This document shows positions 29,103 through 38,209 of a stretch of DNA of 64,000 nucleotides, one piece after another. The position numbers were made by a program, and so were the translations under genes. The notes beneath the pieces are model-generated. The model did no database searches. It was not told the origin of the DNA and saw nothing but the letters and a program-made list of their open reading frames with translations. The stretch is from positions 96,001-160,000 of IMG/VR virus record IMGVR_UViG_3300021167_000382; one strand, given 5' to 3'. The stretch is from a virus (taxonomy: Duplodnaviria > Caudoviricetes). Numbering within the stretch: the first letter of the stretch is position 1; every line of letters starts with the position of its first letter.

Positions 29103-29823
29103 CATCAACGTTTATTTCCTGCTTAGCCTTAACCATACGTTCAATATTGACACAGAATGTCGTCACCGGGTAGAGCGTCAACTTGATAAACATTGAGCTA
29201 TACTGTTCGATGATGGGGTATATGTCAACTGTCTTAACCTGTTCCCAGGCAGTCTTTGAACGAACAATCGCAGGACCAATGAGTGTTATCTCAGGGCAGA
29301 ACGTTGATTCGAAGTTTCTATTGGCAGCATGAATCTCAAGCCAATTCCAATACTCGTACATCACCAGCATCGCATATGTTTTCTTAACGTAGCTAGGGGT
29401 GATCTGTTCTAAAGGTGTATCGATGATCTCAATATCGATCAACCCTTTGGTAACTAACTTTACTCCTTCCACGACTGCTAAGATAGCTTCTTCTGGAAGA
29501 ACATACGGGTAGATGTTCAGATGTAATCTGGGTTGCTTGACAAACGGCGTACTGGCTCGAGCTTTCAGCGTCTGTTCAGCGAAATAAAGAATGATCCGTG
29601 GAACATCAGTTACTGATGAATGATGAATCGTGGATGCGTCCCTTTGCTGATAAGCTTTATGATAGGTCTCAACATCATAGCCATCGAACTCATCGTAGTC
29701 TCGGCTAAAGTAACCATTCTTCAATAAGCCAGCGACACGCTGGCTATCGAGTTTGTACAGTGTAGATAGTCGTGTGTCGAATAACGAATCGAGATCGACG
29801 TAGATAGTGGAGAAGTCTTCCAT
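29098..29823 (-). CDS. Conserved phiKZ-like protein with a HAD-like DxD motif
   Basis: IYVDLDSLFDTRL N-terminus, LNIYPY motif. Confidence 0.7.
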   Translation of the reverse strand: MEDFSTIYVDLDSLFDTRLSTLYKLDSQRVAGLLKNGYFSRDYDEFDGYDVETYHKAYQQRDASTIHHSSVTDVPRIILYFAEQTLKARASTPFVKQPRLHLNIYPYVLPEEAILAVVEGVKLVTKGLIDIEIIDTPLEQITPSYVKKTYAMLVMYEYWNWLEIHAANRNFESTFCPEITLIGPAIVRSKTAWEQVKTVDIYPIIEQYSSMFIKLTLYPVTTFCVNIERMVKAKQEINVDA

Positions 29824-30492
29824 TTAAAGTGTGTTTGATAGATGCGCGCACGTCAAGTACGTTTTCAACGTAGACGTAGAAACGACACCGTTGGCAAAAT
29901 GTTCCAGTTGATCCTGGCGTGCTTCACCAAAACGATTGAGCGATGCATTCAATGCCGCCCATCCACGCAGATCACCGCCACGATACTTCATGAGTTCGAC
30001 TGAAGACTTATTCAAACCCATGGCCACACAGAGTCGAAGTTCAGGTGCAGAGAACCCTGCACCTTTCGAATCTCCAGTCGGCTGACCGGTGATGGAGTTG
30101 ATTACCCGCTGGTGTTTCGGAATAGACATCTTCTTAGCGATCCGCTGAGACGCTACTCGAACAGGTACTTTGATGACCAGGTATTTTTCAGGAGTAAGAT
30201 AACGAGGAACTTCCCCGTCCGCTGGAAACCAGATCTGACTCCAGAAGTCATGTCCCCATTTATCAGCGAGCTTAACATTACGTTCAATGTCAAGCTTATT
30301 CTTACCGGCATTAGGAACAGTAAGTGTCAACCACTCACTACCCTCTTTCAGCCGGAGCATGAAGGCTTCAAATGCCTTATCATTCATAGAAGCAAAATAC
30401 TTCTGATAGAGTTCGACATCCACACAACCTGGCGAGATCGCTTCAAGATCTGCCAGGATCTGTGCTTCAGCTTTCTTGCGATCGCCAGGCAT
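29824..30492 (-). CDS. rpoB: Virion RNA polymerase beta subunit, C-terminal part (phiKZ gp149-like)
   Basis: SQRIAKKMSIP...ITGQPTGDSKG..FS.PE...ELMKYRGGD match beta region I; 222 aa. Confidence 0.9.
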   Translation of the reverse strand: MPGDRKKAEAQILADLEAISPGCVDVELYQKYFASMNDKAFEAFMLRLKEGSEWLTLTVPNAGKNKLDIERNVKLADKWGHDFWSQIWFPADGEVPRYLTPEKYLVIKVPVRVASQRIAKKMSIPKHQRVINSITGQPTGDSKGAGFSAPELRLCVAMGLNKSSVELMKYRGGDLRGWAALNASLNRFGEARQDQLEHFANGVVSTSTLKTYLTCAHLSNTL

Positions 30493-30494
30493 AG

Positions 30495-30974
30495 TTATTT
30501 CCGTTCGCGAATACCGAATTCAGCTAGGTTCGGAAGGATGCCGTCATTGAACACCTTCAACCAGACATCCGGTTGGACTTCATAGATGGCCTGATAGCGG
30601 AAGAGACGTGTATCGATGCCGTCTTGCGCTTGAATCAGCGTGAACTGCTCATCCACCCAACGCGTCAGATTCCACTGTTGTGCATGAGTGTGACGACCTT
30701 CGGCTTCCTGAACAAAGTTGCTACTATCGAAGCAAGCAGCTAGCTTTTCTTCATTGATGCCTTTTTCGAAAAGACGATCTCGAACCACCTTAACCAGATT
30801 CATTTCATCTGGATCAGCCTTCTCATCATAAAAGATCTGACCGGCTTTCATCAGACCAAGGCCCGAGAGGACAGCTTGTTCTTCAAGAGAAGCCGCGCCT
30901 TCGACATCGATTTCTTCAAGCAGTACTTCGATGGTTTTCCCAGCCACTAGGGATTGTGATTCATTGTTGCTCAT
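30495..30974 (-). CDS. Hypothetical protein
   Basis: Likely start MSNNES at 30974 with GGAG RBS. Confidence 0.7.
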   Translation of the reverse strand: MSNNESQSLVAGKTIEVLLEEIDVEGAASLEEQAVLSGLGLMKAGQIFYDEKADPDEMNLVKVVRDRLFEKGINEEKLAACFDSSNFVQEAEGRHTHAQQWNLTRWVDEQFTLIQAQDGIDTRLFRYQAIYEVQPDVWLKVFNDGILPNLAEFGIRERK

Positions 30975-32436
30975 GAAGTTCTCCAATTTTCTTCTTTGCG
31001 TATTCAGGCTTTACAGTCTTGCAATCTTGCTCGAGCCAGTAGGGATGATATTCACCTCTGGCCACGCGACAAAGATCAAGCGTACTCAGAGGATATCCAG
31101 GGTACTCTTCATCATCCAGCGTATGCCATGATCTGGTCTTATTCAAGAGAAAGTCCCAATCATACCCTTTCTCCTTTAGATTCGTATACAATTCTTCCGG
31201 ACGCATCAGTGTTTCTTTCAACGTCGGATGGAAGATTTCCAATTGAAGAAGCTGGCTGGTGATTTCCACTGCACGCTGCAATGCGAAGCTTTCACGCATC
31301 TTTTTCCGAACAGTTGTCCGTGACAAAGTAACATCCGGCATCAGGGAGAGCGAGTAGTTACGATCATTTCCTTCCAAACCATACCGAGCATTTTCTTTGA
31401 TGTAGACAAACTCGGACAAGTAAGGTAGGACACCTTCACGCTGACTGACGTAGATTTCCAATGAGAAATTGGAAGTCCCGTTCTTACCACGGAGTTGTTT
31501 CATACGAACCTTATTAAGGTCCATATCACCAGCAACTTCATCACCTGGTTCATACGGATATTCAGGTGCCTTGGTGCCTTGATTGATTGCAGGAGACGCT
31601 AGGTCAATCAACCAGCAATTGTGAAGCAAGTAGAAGAAGTTATTTGTCACACCCTTGATCACTTCATCCTGGCGCATGCCTTGCAACTGCTTACGTGGTG
31701 GTTGTTGACCAGGCGCCGATGCCATATTCACCGTCTTACCGATATGACCAGTGAACAAGAAGAAGTTGAAGCCTTGTGCGGCCACTGTCGGCATTTCCAT
31801 CAACATCCGCATCTTGGCTAAACCTTGACGCATGAAGATGGTGTTGCCGCCAGAATCACCCAGTTCATTCTTATCCATCATGTCATTAACGTCAGACGTC
31901 ATGAACTGTGACAGAGAATCGATATCGCTAAACCACGGTGCTGGGACTTCCATCGGTGTGATGCGATCTCGAGATAAGAAAGCGGTCTTGAACATCCGCT
32001 TCTTCTTATCACTCATCTTTTCTTTGAGGTTATCGCGAGTCTTTTGCCAGAACTCATTCCCCATGTAAATCGCTTTGTTCGTTGGGTTAACCAAACCTTC
32101 TTCAATGAGGTTACGGCCCTTGAAAGTATCGAATGAATATGCAAGGTTGAGCATCCGGTGCTCGTGGGTGTTGATCTCGGTGTCGTAAGGGTTGTAAAAC
32201 AACTCGTTAGCGGCAATACGATACATACGGCTCAGCGCCGAGAAGATCATAAACCGCATCACCGTTGTCTTAAAACAGTTACCCGGGCCAACGATACCAG
32301 TAATGTTAGATACACCGCCTAGGAAAACACGCTGATCGTGCGTACCTGTCAGATACTCACCCGTTGGAATATCCAACAGCGAGCCACAAGGCATTGCATA
32401 CATCACGGGTGGGGGGAGGGTCATTTGAGGACGCAT
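30961..32436 (-). CDS. uvsX: UvsX/RecA-like recombinase (phiKZ gp152-like)
   Basis: Walker A GPGNCFKTT, YDTE, Walker B DIDSLS, RGKNG; size and synteny. Confidence 0.88.
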   Translation of the reverse strand: MRPQMTLPPPVMYAMPCGSLLDIPTGEYLTGTHDQRVFLGGVSNITGIVGPGNCFKTTVMRFMIFSALSRMYRIAANELFYNPYDTEINTHEHRMLNLAYSFDTFKGRNLIEEGLVNPTNKAIYMGNEFWQKTRDNLKEKMSDKKKRMFKTAFLSRDRITPMEVPAPWFSDIDSLSQFMTSDVNDMMDKNELGDSGGNTIFMRQGLAKMRMLMEMPTVAAQGFNFFLFTGHIGKTVNMASAPGQQPPRKQLQGMRQDEVIKGVTNNFFYLLHNCWLIDLASPAINQGTKAPEYPYEPGDEVAGDMDLNKVRMKQLRGKNGTSNFSLEIYVSQREGVLPYLSEFVYIKENARYGLEGNDRNYSLSLMPDVTLSRTTVRKKMRESFALQRAVEITSQLLQLEIFHPTLKETLMRPEELYTNLKEKGYDWDFLLNKTRSWHTLDDEEYPGYPLSTLDLCRVARGEYHPYWLEQDCKTVKPEYAKKKIGELHEQQ

Positions 32437-32559
32437 CTTCTTTCCCTTTAAGATTAGAGGAATTATTCACACACTCTATCACCTCCTCTGAGGAGAATTT
32501 CAAAGCGTATTTAAGAATTAGATGACACTCTTTTCATAATTAGCAAAAGGATTAATATC

Positions 32560-33414
32560 ATGATTTGCGCTGCCACCGAGACTGTACATTCCACCGATCA
32601 TCTTCGTAAGATGCTGGCTATTGAGTCCATCCATGGAAGTAATCAATCGGTTCTAGATATCTTCGGTCGTCTTGTTTCAAACTCCTCAGAAGTTCTGAAC
32701 TCATTCATCGCACCGATTTCTAGCTTTGTCGGGAAATCGTCAGACAACTCCATCAAGAATAGCGATTACCGTAAAACACTTAAGGCTGTGAAGGTGCTTC
32801 CCTTTGCAGCTTATCAAGACACATTGATCCAGGTACCTGAAGGTTTCACGGGTTCTTTGGATAAGTACATTGAAATGCTCCTGAATGTCCATGGGCAGCT
32901 TGTTAGTGCGGCTAATGAAGTATTGATTAGCTATAGTGATGAACTGGCCATCTTCCTGAACAATGTGGATCATCGTAAATCCATCAAGAACTACGAAGCC
33001 TTCTATAAGAAGATGACAGCTGACCGGACGCGTTTCAATAAAGAAATGGAAGTCTTCTTTAAGAAAGACAGCAATCTGTCCCGTGTGAAACTGGGTTCCG
33101 TGATGTCTCGTTTTGGTGACTTGGACGGTATCTTTGCCAACGCAGAGAAACTTGAAGCCGTTCATGCTAAGACCTCGTTGTCTGAATTAACTAGCAATGT
33201 CAAACACGCCGTCAGCCTTCTTGGACTTATTCGTGATAAGGTTGAACACGATAAGGAACTGAACATCTCTGGTCAGATGGCCATGCATATTTCTGAAGGT
33301 GCCTATGAAGCGGCTCGTTATGTTGAGCTGGTTTCTTTGGCATGCTATAACATCGAGGTTGGTTTGACCACGGTTCGTAATCTCTCCGAGCAATTCAACA
33401 AGATTACCGGCTAA
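32560..33414 (+). CDS. Head (inner-body/ejection) protein, phiKZ gp153-like, probably processed by the prohead protease
   Basis: N-terminal ATE and LAIE|S AxE motifs; VPEGF.G motif; divergent from uvsX. Confidence 0.65.
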   Translation: MICAATETVHSTDHLRKMLAIESIHGSNQSVLDIFGRLVSNSSEVLNSFIAPISSFVGKSSDNSIKNSDYRKTLKAVKVLPFAAYQDTLIQVPEGFTGSLDKYIEMLLNVHGQLVSAANEVLISYSDELAIFLNNVDHRKSIKNYEAFYKKMTADRTRFNKEMEVFFKKDSNLSRVKLGSVMSRFGDLDGIFANAEKLEAVHAKTSLSELTSNVKHAVSLLGLIRDKVEHDKELNISGQMAMHISEGAYEAARYVELVSLACYNIEVGLTTVRNLSEQFNKITG

Positions 33415-33422
33415 TACTGATA

Positions 33423-33459
33423 CTGACATCCTGGGAGGTTATACCTCCCAGGATGTCAG
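33423..33459. terminator. Bidirectional hairpin terminator
   Basis: CTGACATCCTGGGAGGT-TAT-ACCTCCCAGGATGTCAG, 17-bp stem. Confidence 0.85.
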
Positions 33460-33466
33460 ATGTTTG

Positions 33467-33916
33467 TTAGATCATGGAACCGTAAACATAGATGTCACAG
33501 TCATGATGATGCGATAGACGGTTAACAATCAATTCCCGAACAGATTCCCAAGGAAGTCCACCAAAGCCACAGCCAAGCTGAGGAATGGCAATGGATTTGA
33601 CTTGCATCGATTCAATAGCCTCAGAGAGACTAGAGAGACCTTGGTCGATGTTCTCCAAAAGACTTTTATCAGACCAATGATTCTTGGTTGGGAAACTGAC
33701 AATCGCTGGAAAAGCCGCGTTTTGATGAAGATGTACTCGACCCAAACGAATCATTCCATCATCACAAAGACCTTTGTACTGTTGGAAGTAGGAGGGGTAT
33801 TTCTTTTTGAATTGAAGAGCAAGACCTTTACCCATGACCCCATAACAGTTAACAGGGTTCACTAAGACTTCGGTCTTACTTTCCAAGAGATCACCAAGGA
33901 CAAAGTGGATAGCCAT
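33467..33916 (-). CDS. Macrodomain ADP-ribosyl hydrolase, DarG/TARG1-like
   Basis: GDLL...LVNPVNCYGVMGKGLALQFK...FPTKNHW...SIAIPQLGCGFGGLPW. Confidence 0.92.
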   Translation of the reverse strand: MAIHFVLGDLLESKTEVLVNPVNCYGVMGKGLALQFKKKYPSYFQQYKGLCDDGMIRLGRVHLHQNAAFPAIVSFPTKNHWSDKSLLENIDQGLSSLSEAIESMQVKSIAIPQLGCGFGGLPWESVRELIVNRLSHHHDCDIYVYGSMI

Positions 33917-33918
33917 TA

Positions 33919-34344
33919 TTACGCCGAACGAAAGGTTGCACGAGTGACAGCTTCGTAAACATCCGCTGCCATGAGCTGCTCACTACCGTACTGGAGCCAA
34001 GAGGGACATCGATTCGCAAATTGCAAGCAGATTCCCCAGCGTTCTGTGTTTTCCATTTCCCTAAGGGATAGGATCTTGTTCTGTTCAGTAACAAGATCGG
34101 CCCAGATATGATCAGAGATGTATGCAGGGAAAAGCATGCTGTTAGCGCCATAAGCCACTTTCAGCGCTTCGTTAACTCTTGCAAGAATTGCAGGGTCAGG
34201 TGTCTTTGAAAACAACACACCGATCACTGATCCCACATACAACAGACGCTTGATCCGCATAGGGAGTAATTCCCTTAACTTCTCACAAAGCATCCGCGTT
34301 AAGAAGTTACCCATACCCAAGCCATAACGTTTGTTAAGACTCAT
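33919..34344 (-). CDS. Hypothetical protein (141 aa)
   Basis: AAGGAG RBS; in an operon with RNase H. Confidence 0.75.
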   Translation of the reverse strand: MSLNKRYGLGMGNFLTRMLCEKLRELLPMRIKRLLYVGSVIGVLFSKTPDPAILARVNEALKVAYGANSMLFPAYISDHIWADLVTEQNKILSLREMENTERWGICLQFANRCPSWLQYGSEQLMAADVYEAVTRATFRSA

Positions 34345-34357
34345 GGCAATTTCTCCT

Positions 34358-35839
34358 TCATTTTTTCAAAAGAATATTGTTTGCGAAGTAGTTTGACCAT
34401 ATTCCAACAGCGTCGTCTGTTTTCACAATCGTCGCATATCGAACCAAATAATCACCATCTTTCCATGCAACAATATAAACCAAGGGGTTGATCAACTCGA
34501 AATGCTTGAAACTATTCCGAGGCGGGACGTCTTCACTAAAAGACAAGATCACATCAAGTTCAGTGACATCCTTATCTTTAAAAGGAATCGTCAGGCGGGT
34601 ATTCTGAATACCAACACCGAAATCTTTCTTCAGTTCATGGATTTCAATCTCATCTTTACCTGACTTCTTCAGTCGAGTAGTATAGAAGTGATCGGTTACA
34701 TCGCACAGCTGGAAACCTCTACCATCTCCTTCAAAGAACTTACTGAAGGTTAGGTAGTTATTCTGAAATTCAATCAGAAGTGATTCCAGGTGAGTCATGG
34801 CTTCGAATGCCCGTAAGGGGAGTTCATCTGCTCGAACTTCAACGACGATTGGTTTCTTGTCCAATGTGTTCATGTTCAGATTGCGGCGATCAGGTACGAA
34901 AGCTAAGGCACCCCAGTGGTTAACCTGCTGAAGTACTTCTTGATTTCGAATCATGTCCACTTTACCGTAGACGATTCGGTTGTAGTCACTTTTACGAGCG
35001 ATCGTTGCTTGAATCGCTGCTTCCATCACTACGTCAGGTTCATTCAAGCAGACCACGGAGAAAGTAGCTTCACTAGAACGTTTACCAGTGATGAACTCCT
35101 TACCGCTACCGTCACTCTGATAGTACATACCTGGTTGGTGGAAGTCTTCATTCGTATTGAAGTAAACCCGTTTCAGAGAGATAAATGGATGAACACTCTC
35201 AAGCTTAGCGAAGTATTCACTGGCCGGCCAAGTAACAACAGTGCGACCTAGGTCACCGAGATAGGAGCGAGTTACTGCCATGGTCGCTAGGCAATCCGCT
35301 TTGCTATTACCGAAGTCATCGTTATGACCCTTGATCCAACCAGAAGTCAGTTCGAATTTACTACCAGAGATAACCATGAGGTCATCGAGTTTTTTCCAGA
35401 AAGTCTGGTTCTTGACAGGGCTGCCGTCAGACAAAGTCCATCGACGGTTCTTCCATCCTGGAATCCATTCATTCATCCCTTTTAACGTGTATTCGCTATC
35501 GCAGATGATATGAACCCGGGCTATACCGGAAATTGTATTAGCAAACTCGAAACCAGCGATCACCGCATTCATCTCAGCGATGTTATTGGTACCGAGTCCG
35601 ATCGCATCCACGATCTCAACAATTTGCTCAACCACGACACCTTGCTTCATACCAGTGTCGAAGTCTTTCTTAAGGACATAGCCTTCATCAGTGGCTATCC
35701 AGGAATCAATCCGAGTAGGTTTCCCTTTCTCTTCCGGAATACCATAGATATAGCCATGGACACCTGAACCTGACGGACCATTGGGATTTGGATTAGCCCC
35801 ACCATCACAATAAAGTACCAAACCGCGCGTTGCTGACAT
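34358..35839 (-). CDS. rnhA: Ribonuclease HI with C-terminal extension (phiKZ gp155-like)
   Basis: LYCDGG, TNNIAEM, CDSEY, W...GW, VKNQ..W, WIKGH...GN..AD catalytic motifs. Confidence 0.93.
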   Translation of the reverse strand: MSATRGLVLYCDGGANPNPNGPSGSGVHGYIYGIPEEKGKPTRIDSWIATDEGYVLKKDFDTGMKQGVVVEQIVEIVDAIGLGTNNIAEMNAVIAGFEFANTISGIARVHIICDSEYTLKGMNEWIPGWKNRRWTLSDGSPVKNQTFWKKLDDLMVISGSKFELTSGWIKGHNDDFGNSKADCLATMAVTRSYLGDLGRTVVTWPASEYFAKLESVHPFISLKRVYFNTNEDFHQPGMYYQSDGSGKEFITGKRSSEATFSVVCLNEPDVVMEAAIQATIARKSDYNRIVYGKVDMIRNQEVLQQVNHWGALAFVPDRRNLNMNTLDKKPIVVEVRADELPLRAFEAMTHLESLLIEFQNNYLTFSKFFEGDGRGFQLCDVTDHFYTTRLKKSGKDEIEIHELKKDFGVGIQNTRLTIPFKDKDVTELDVILSFSEDVPPRNSFKHFELINPLVYIVAWKDGDYLVRYATIVKTDDAVGIWSNYFANNILLKK

Positions 35840-35864
35840 GACGTTTCTCCGAATCTCTTTTTAA

Positions 35865-36269
35865 CTACTCCATCTTGTCATGTAGCGCTTTTTTATCGTG
35901 AGGTTTTGGCTTAGTTTTCAAAGGCTTAAACCGGTCTCGGTTCTCTTCGAAAAGTTGCTCATAGTGACTGATTGTCAGATTTAGTTTTTCGATTTCCGTC
36001 TCTTTAACTTTCTGTTCTTTCCTGACCTCGAGATAACTCGTCGACGTTTCATAAAAGCGTTCAAGGAGCCAGAGATTTAAAAAGAATGAAAGCATCAGCG
36101 CCACAGCCACACTGACCTTATTTGAATTAAACTTCTTACTTCTGAAGTCATATTCTTCTTTGCTGTCAAAGAGTAATTCCTTGACAACGAACCAAAACAT
36201 TTTAAGCAAGTGTAGCATATCCAAAATTCCTTTCTTATTATTCGAGGTGAACCAATGCGTCTTATCCAA
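35865..36269 (-). CDS. Single-TM coiled-coil membrane protein
   Basis: VSVAVALMLSFFLNLWLL followed by a heptad-rich segment. Confidence 0.65.
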   Translation of the reverse strand: MDKTHWFTSNNKKGILDMLHLLKMFWFVVKELLFDSKEEYDFRSKKFNSNKVSVAVALMLSFFLNLWLLERFYETSTSYLEVRKEQKVKETEIEKLNLTISHYEQLFEENRDRFKPLKTKPKPHDKKALHDKME

Positions 36270-37547
36270 GGCTTTGTTACCAAAGATTCATTTATCATCA
36301 ACCAAGATGGTCAGGTAAATGAGTTCTTTGAGCTGTCTCCGCTGTCCTTGACTTTCTCTAAAGAACGCGGTGAGTATCAATCTATTGCCAATGTGGGTGA
36401 TATTCTACATACCTTCACCACCAGGGACACTACCACCGGTCTCGGATTTACATTGGATGCTGTTTCTGTTTCAGATACACTGTCCATCACGGGTGCGATT
36501 CTCGCATACTGTAGTGGTAACACGTTCAGCAGCACTGAATTCATTAACTTCATCCGAACGTCCTTCAATGGAAAGATCGTCAACTTCACCCACGGTGCGT
36601 TGTATGAAGGAAATCTATACTCCATTCCAGATTGGTCCGCTTGGACGCTGATGGATGGGACTGAAGTACGTATCTGGCATCGTGATGAAGCTTTCCAGAA
36701 TCAATACTCCTTCTACGAGATCGTCACCGTAGCGCCATTGGATAACATCGACCAGTTTTTCTCTCGGTATAGTGATATGGTCTCACGGATCAGTGCGCTT
36801 TCCATATCCGCAGTCATGGAACGTATCCAAACTGCCAAGGGTGTCTATCCTGATACCTATACACGTATTCTGACATTCAAGTTGCACAATCAGAATAACG
36901 TCGATCAATCGATCGATACACAGTGGGGAGTTCTGGTTTACGGTAAGAACGGCGATAACATCGATAGTATCAAAGACGCCATCGTTGATTTCCTGCTTAA
37001 TAACAGCACGCATAGTGAAGCAGAGTGGAAGGTCATCTTTCCAGAAATCTTCATGCGAACTGAGTTTGCTTTCTATCCTCGTTGGGATAAAGTCGCTATT
37101 CGAAATACAGCAGAACTTGGTAGTATCTACAGTGCTGTCTATAAGCCGACTGATATGCTGGACCACGTCATCAGTAACAGTCCGTCACCGATCACGCAAA
37201 CATTCGCCAGCAATAACCTCAGCGTAATGCCGTTTGATTATAAGTCTATCACCTGTGGTGTCATTTGCGGTTCTACGAATCTTGCAGCAATTGATGATAT
37301 CACTGAAATCTTCCCAGACTACATTCCGGTTAACACTAGTTCACTGGACTTCAACCGTATGTCACACAGTACCCGAGAGTGGGTTTTGAAAATGGTTGAA
37401 CTGATCCGGATTGCTGAAACAGTGACTGAGTATAGCACTGTGATCAACCCCATGCGCCGTGTAACTCGTAATGGCAAGCTTTTTGTTTGTTTTGTCTACG
37501 ATAATGTGAACTTCCTGGTCTCTGCCAAGAAGAATACCATTCTCTAA
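36255..37547 (+). CDS. Virion structural protein (phiKZ gp157-like)
   Basis: ELSPLSLTFSKE, W..IFPEIF..TEF...P.W and FPDYIPV..S.DFNRMS motifs. Confidence 0.75.
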   Translation: MRLIQGFVTKDSFIINQDGQVNEFFELSPLSLTFSKERGEYQSIANVGDILHTFTTRDTTTGLGFTLDAVSVSDTLSITGAILAYCSGNTFSSTEFINFIRTSFNGKIVNFTHGALYEGNLYSIPDWSAWTLMDGTEVRIWHRDEAFQNQYSFYEIVTVAPLDNIDQFFSRYSDMVSRISALSISAVMERIQTAKGVYPDTYTRILTFKLHNQNNVDQSIDTQWGVLVYGKNGDNIDSIKDAIVDFLLNNSTHSEAEWKVIFPEIFMRTEFAFYPRWDKVAIRNTAELGSIYSAVYKPTDMLDHVISNSPSPITQTFASNNLSVMPFDYKSITCGVICGSTNLAAIDDITEIFPDYIPVNTSSLDFNRMSHSTREWVLKMVELIRIAETVTEYSTVINPMRRVTRNGKLFVCFVYDNVNFLVSAKKNTIL

Positions 37548-37559
37548 CAAGGAAACACT

Positions 37560-38168
37560 ATGACCATGGTGATCACACCGCCTCTGGGTGCCAAAGGGAT
37601 CTACTCACTCGCTTCTCCTTTTGACCGTCTGGTCGATACTGGGATCGAGTACACCTGTCTCGCTGTCCGGAAGCTCAGTGACTATATTGCTGCCAATGAA
37701 AACCCGAAGGATCTTATCTATAAGACCTACGGTATTGAGCCATCTTTCGATGACGATCTGGCAAAAGACGTCTATATCGTTTCACTTCAATCACGCCGTG
37801 GCCACTGGCTGTACATTCCTGAACAGTATGTACTTGCATTTCCTTCTGGCAGCGGACATCGGTATCGTTCAGTCAGTCTAGTGTTCGCACTTCCATCACT
37901 TCCAGTCACAACAGACCTCACCGCTATTCAGACTGAAGTGATGGAATTGATCAAGGCTCGTCTAGGTGTCGATGTGAAATCTAAACCTGTTGAAACTTCC
38001 CAAGTAACACTAGTGACAGATGATCGTCATGTCGAGATCTCGACAGCACGAACTCTTGCTAAAACCGCGAATGGTTCATGGGAAGAAATGCAGCATCTTC
38101 GTAATCATAACCAAGAACTTCGTAACAAAATAGCACTGTTGGAAGCACACATTCAAGCTAACGCTTAA
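37560..38168 (+). CDS. Conserved virion protein
   Basis: PPLGAKG.Y.L..PF, Y.C.AVR.LSD motifs; C-terminal coiled coil. Confidence 0.7.
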   Translation: MTMVITPPLGAKGIYSLASPFDRLVDTGIEYTCLAVRKLSDYIAANENPKDLIYKTYGIEPSFDDDLAKDVYIVSLQSRRGHWLYIPEQYVLAFPSGSGHRYRSVSLVFALPSLPVTTDLTAIQTEVMELIKARLGVDVKSKPVETSQVTLVTDDRHVEISTARTLAKTANGSWEEMQHLRNHNQELRNKIALLEAHIQANA

Positions 38169-38170
38169 TG

Positions 38171-38208
38171 ACGATACTCGGAGAGGCAGATGCCTCTCCG
38201 AGTATCGT
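38171..38208. terminator. Bidirectional hairpin terminator
   Basis: ACGATACTCGGAGAGGCA-GA-TGCCTCTCCGAGTATCGT. Confidence 0.85.
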
Positions 38209-38209
38209 A

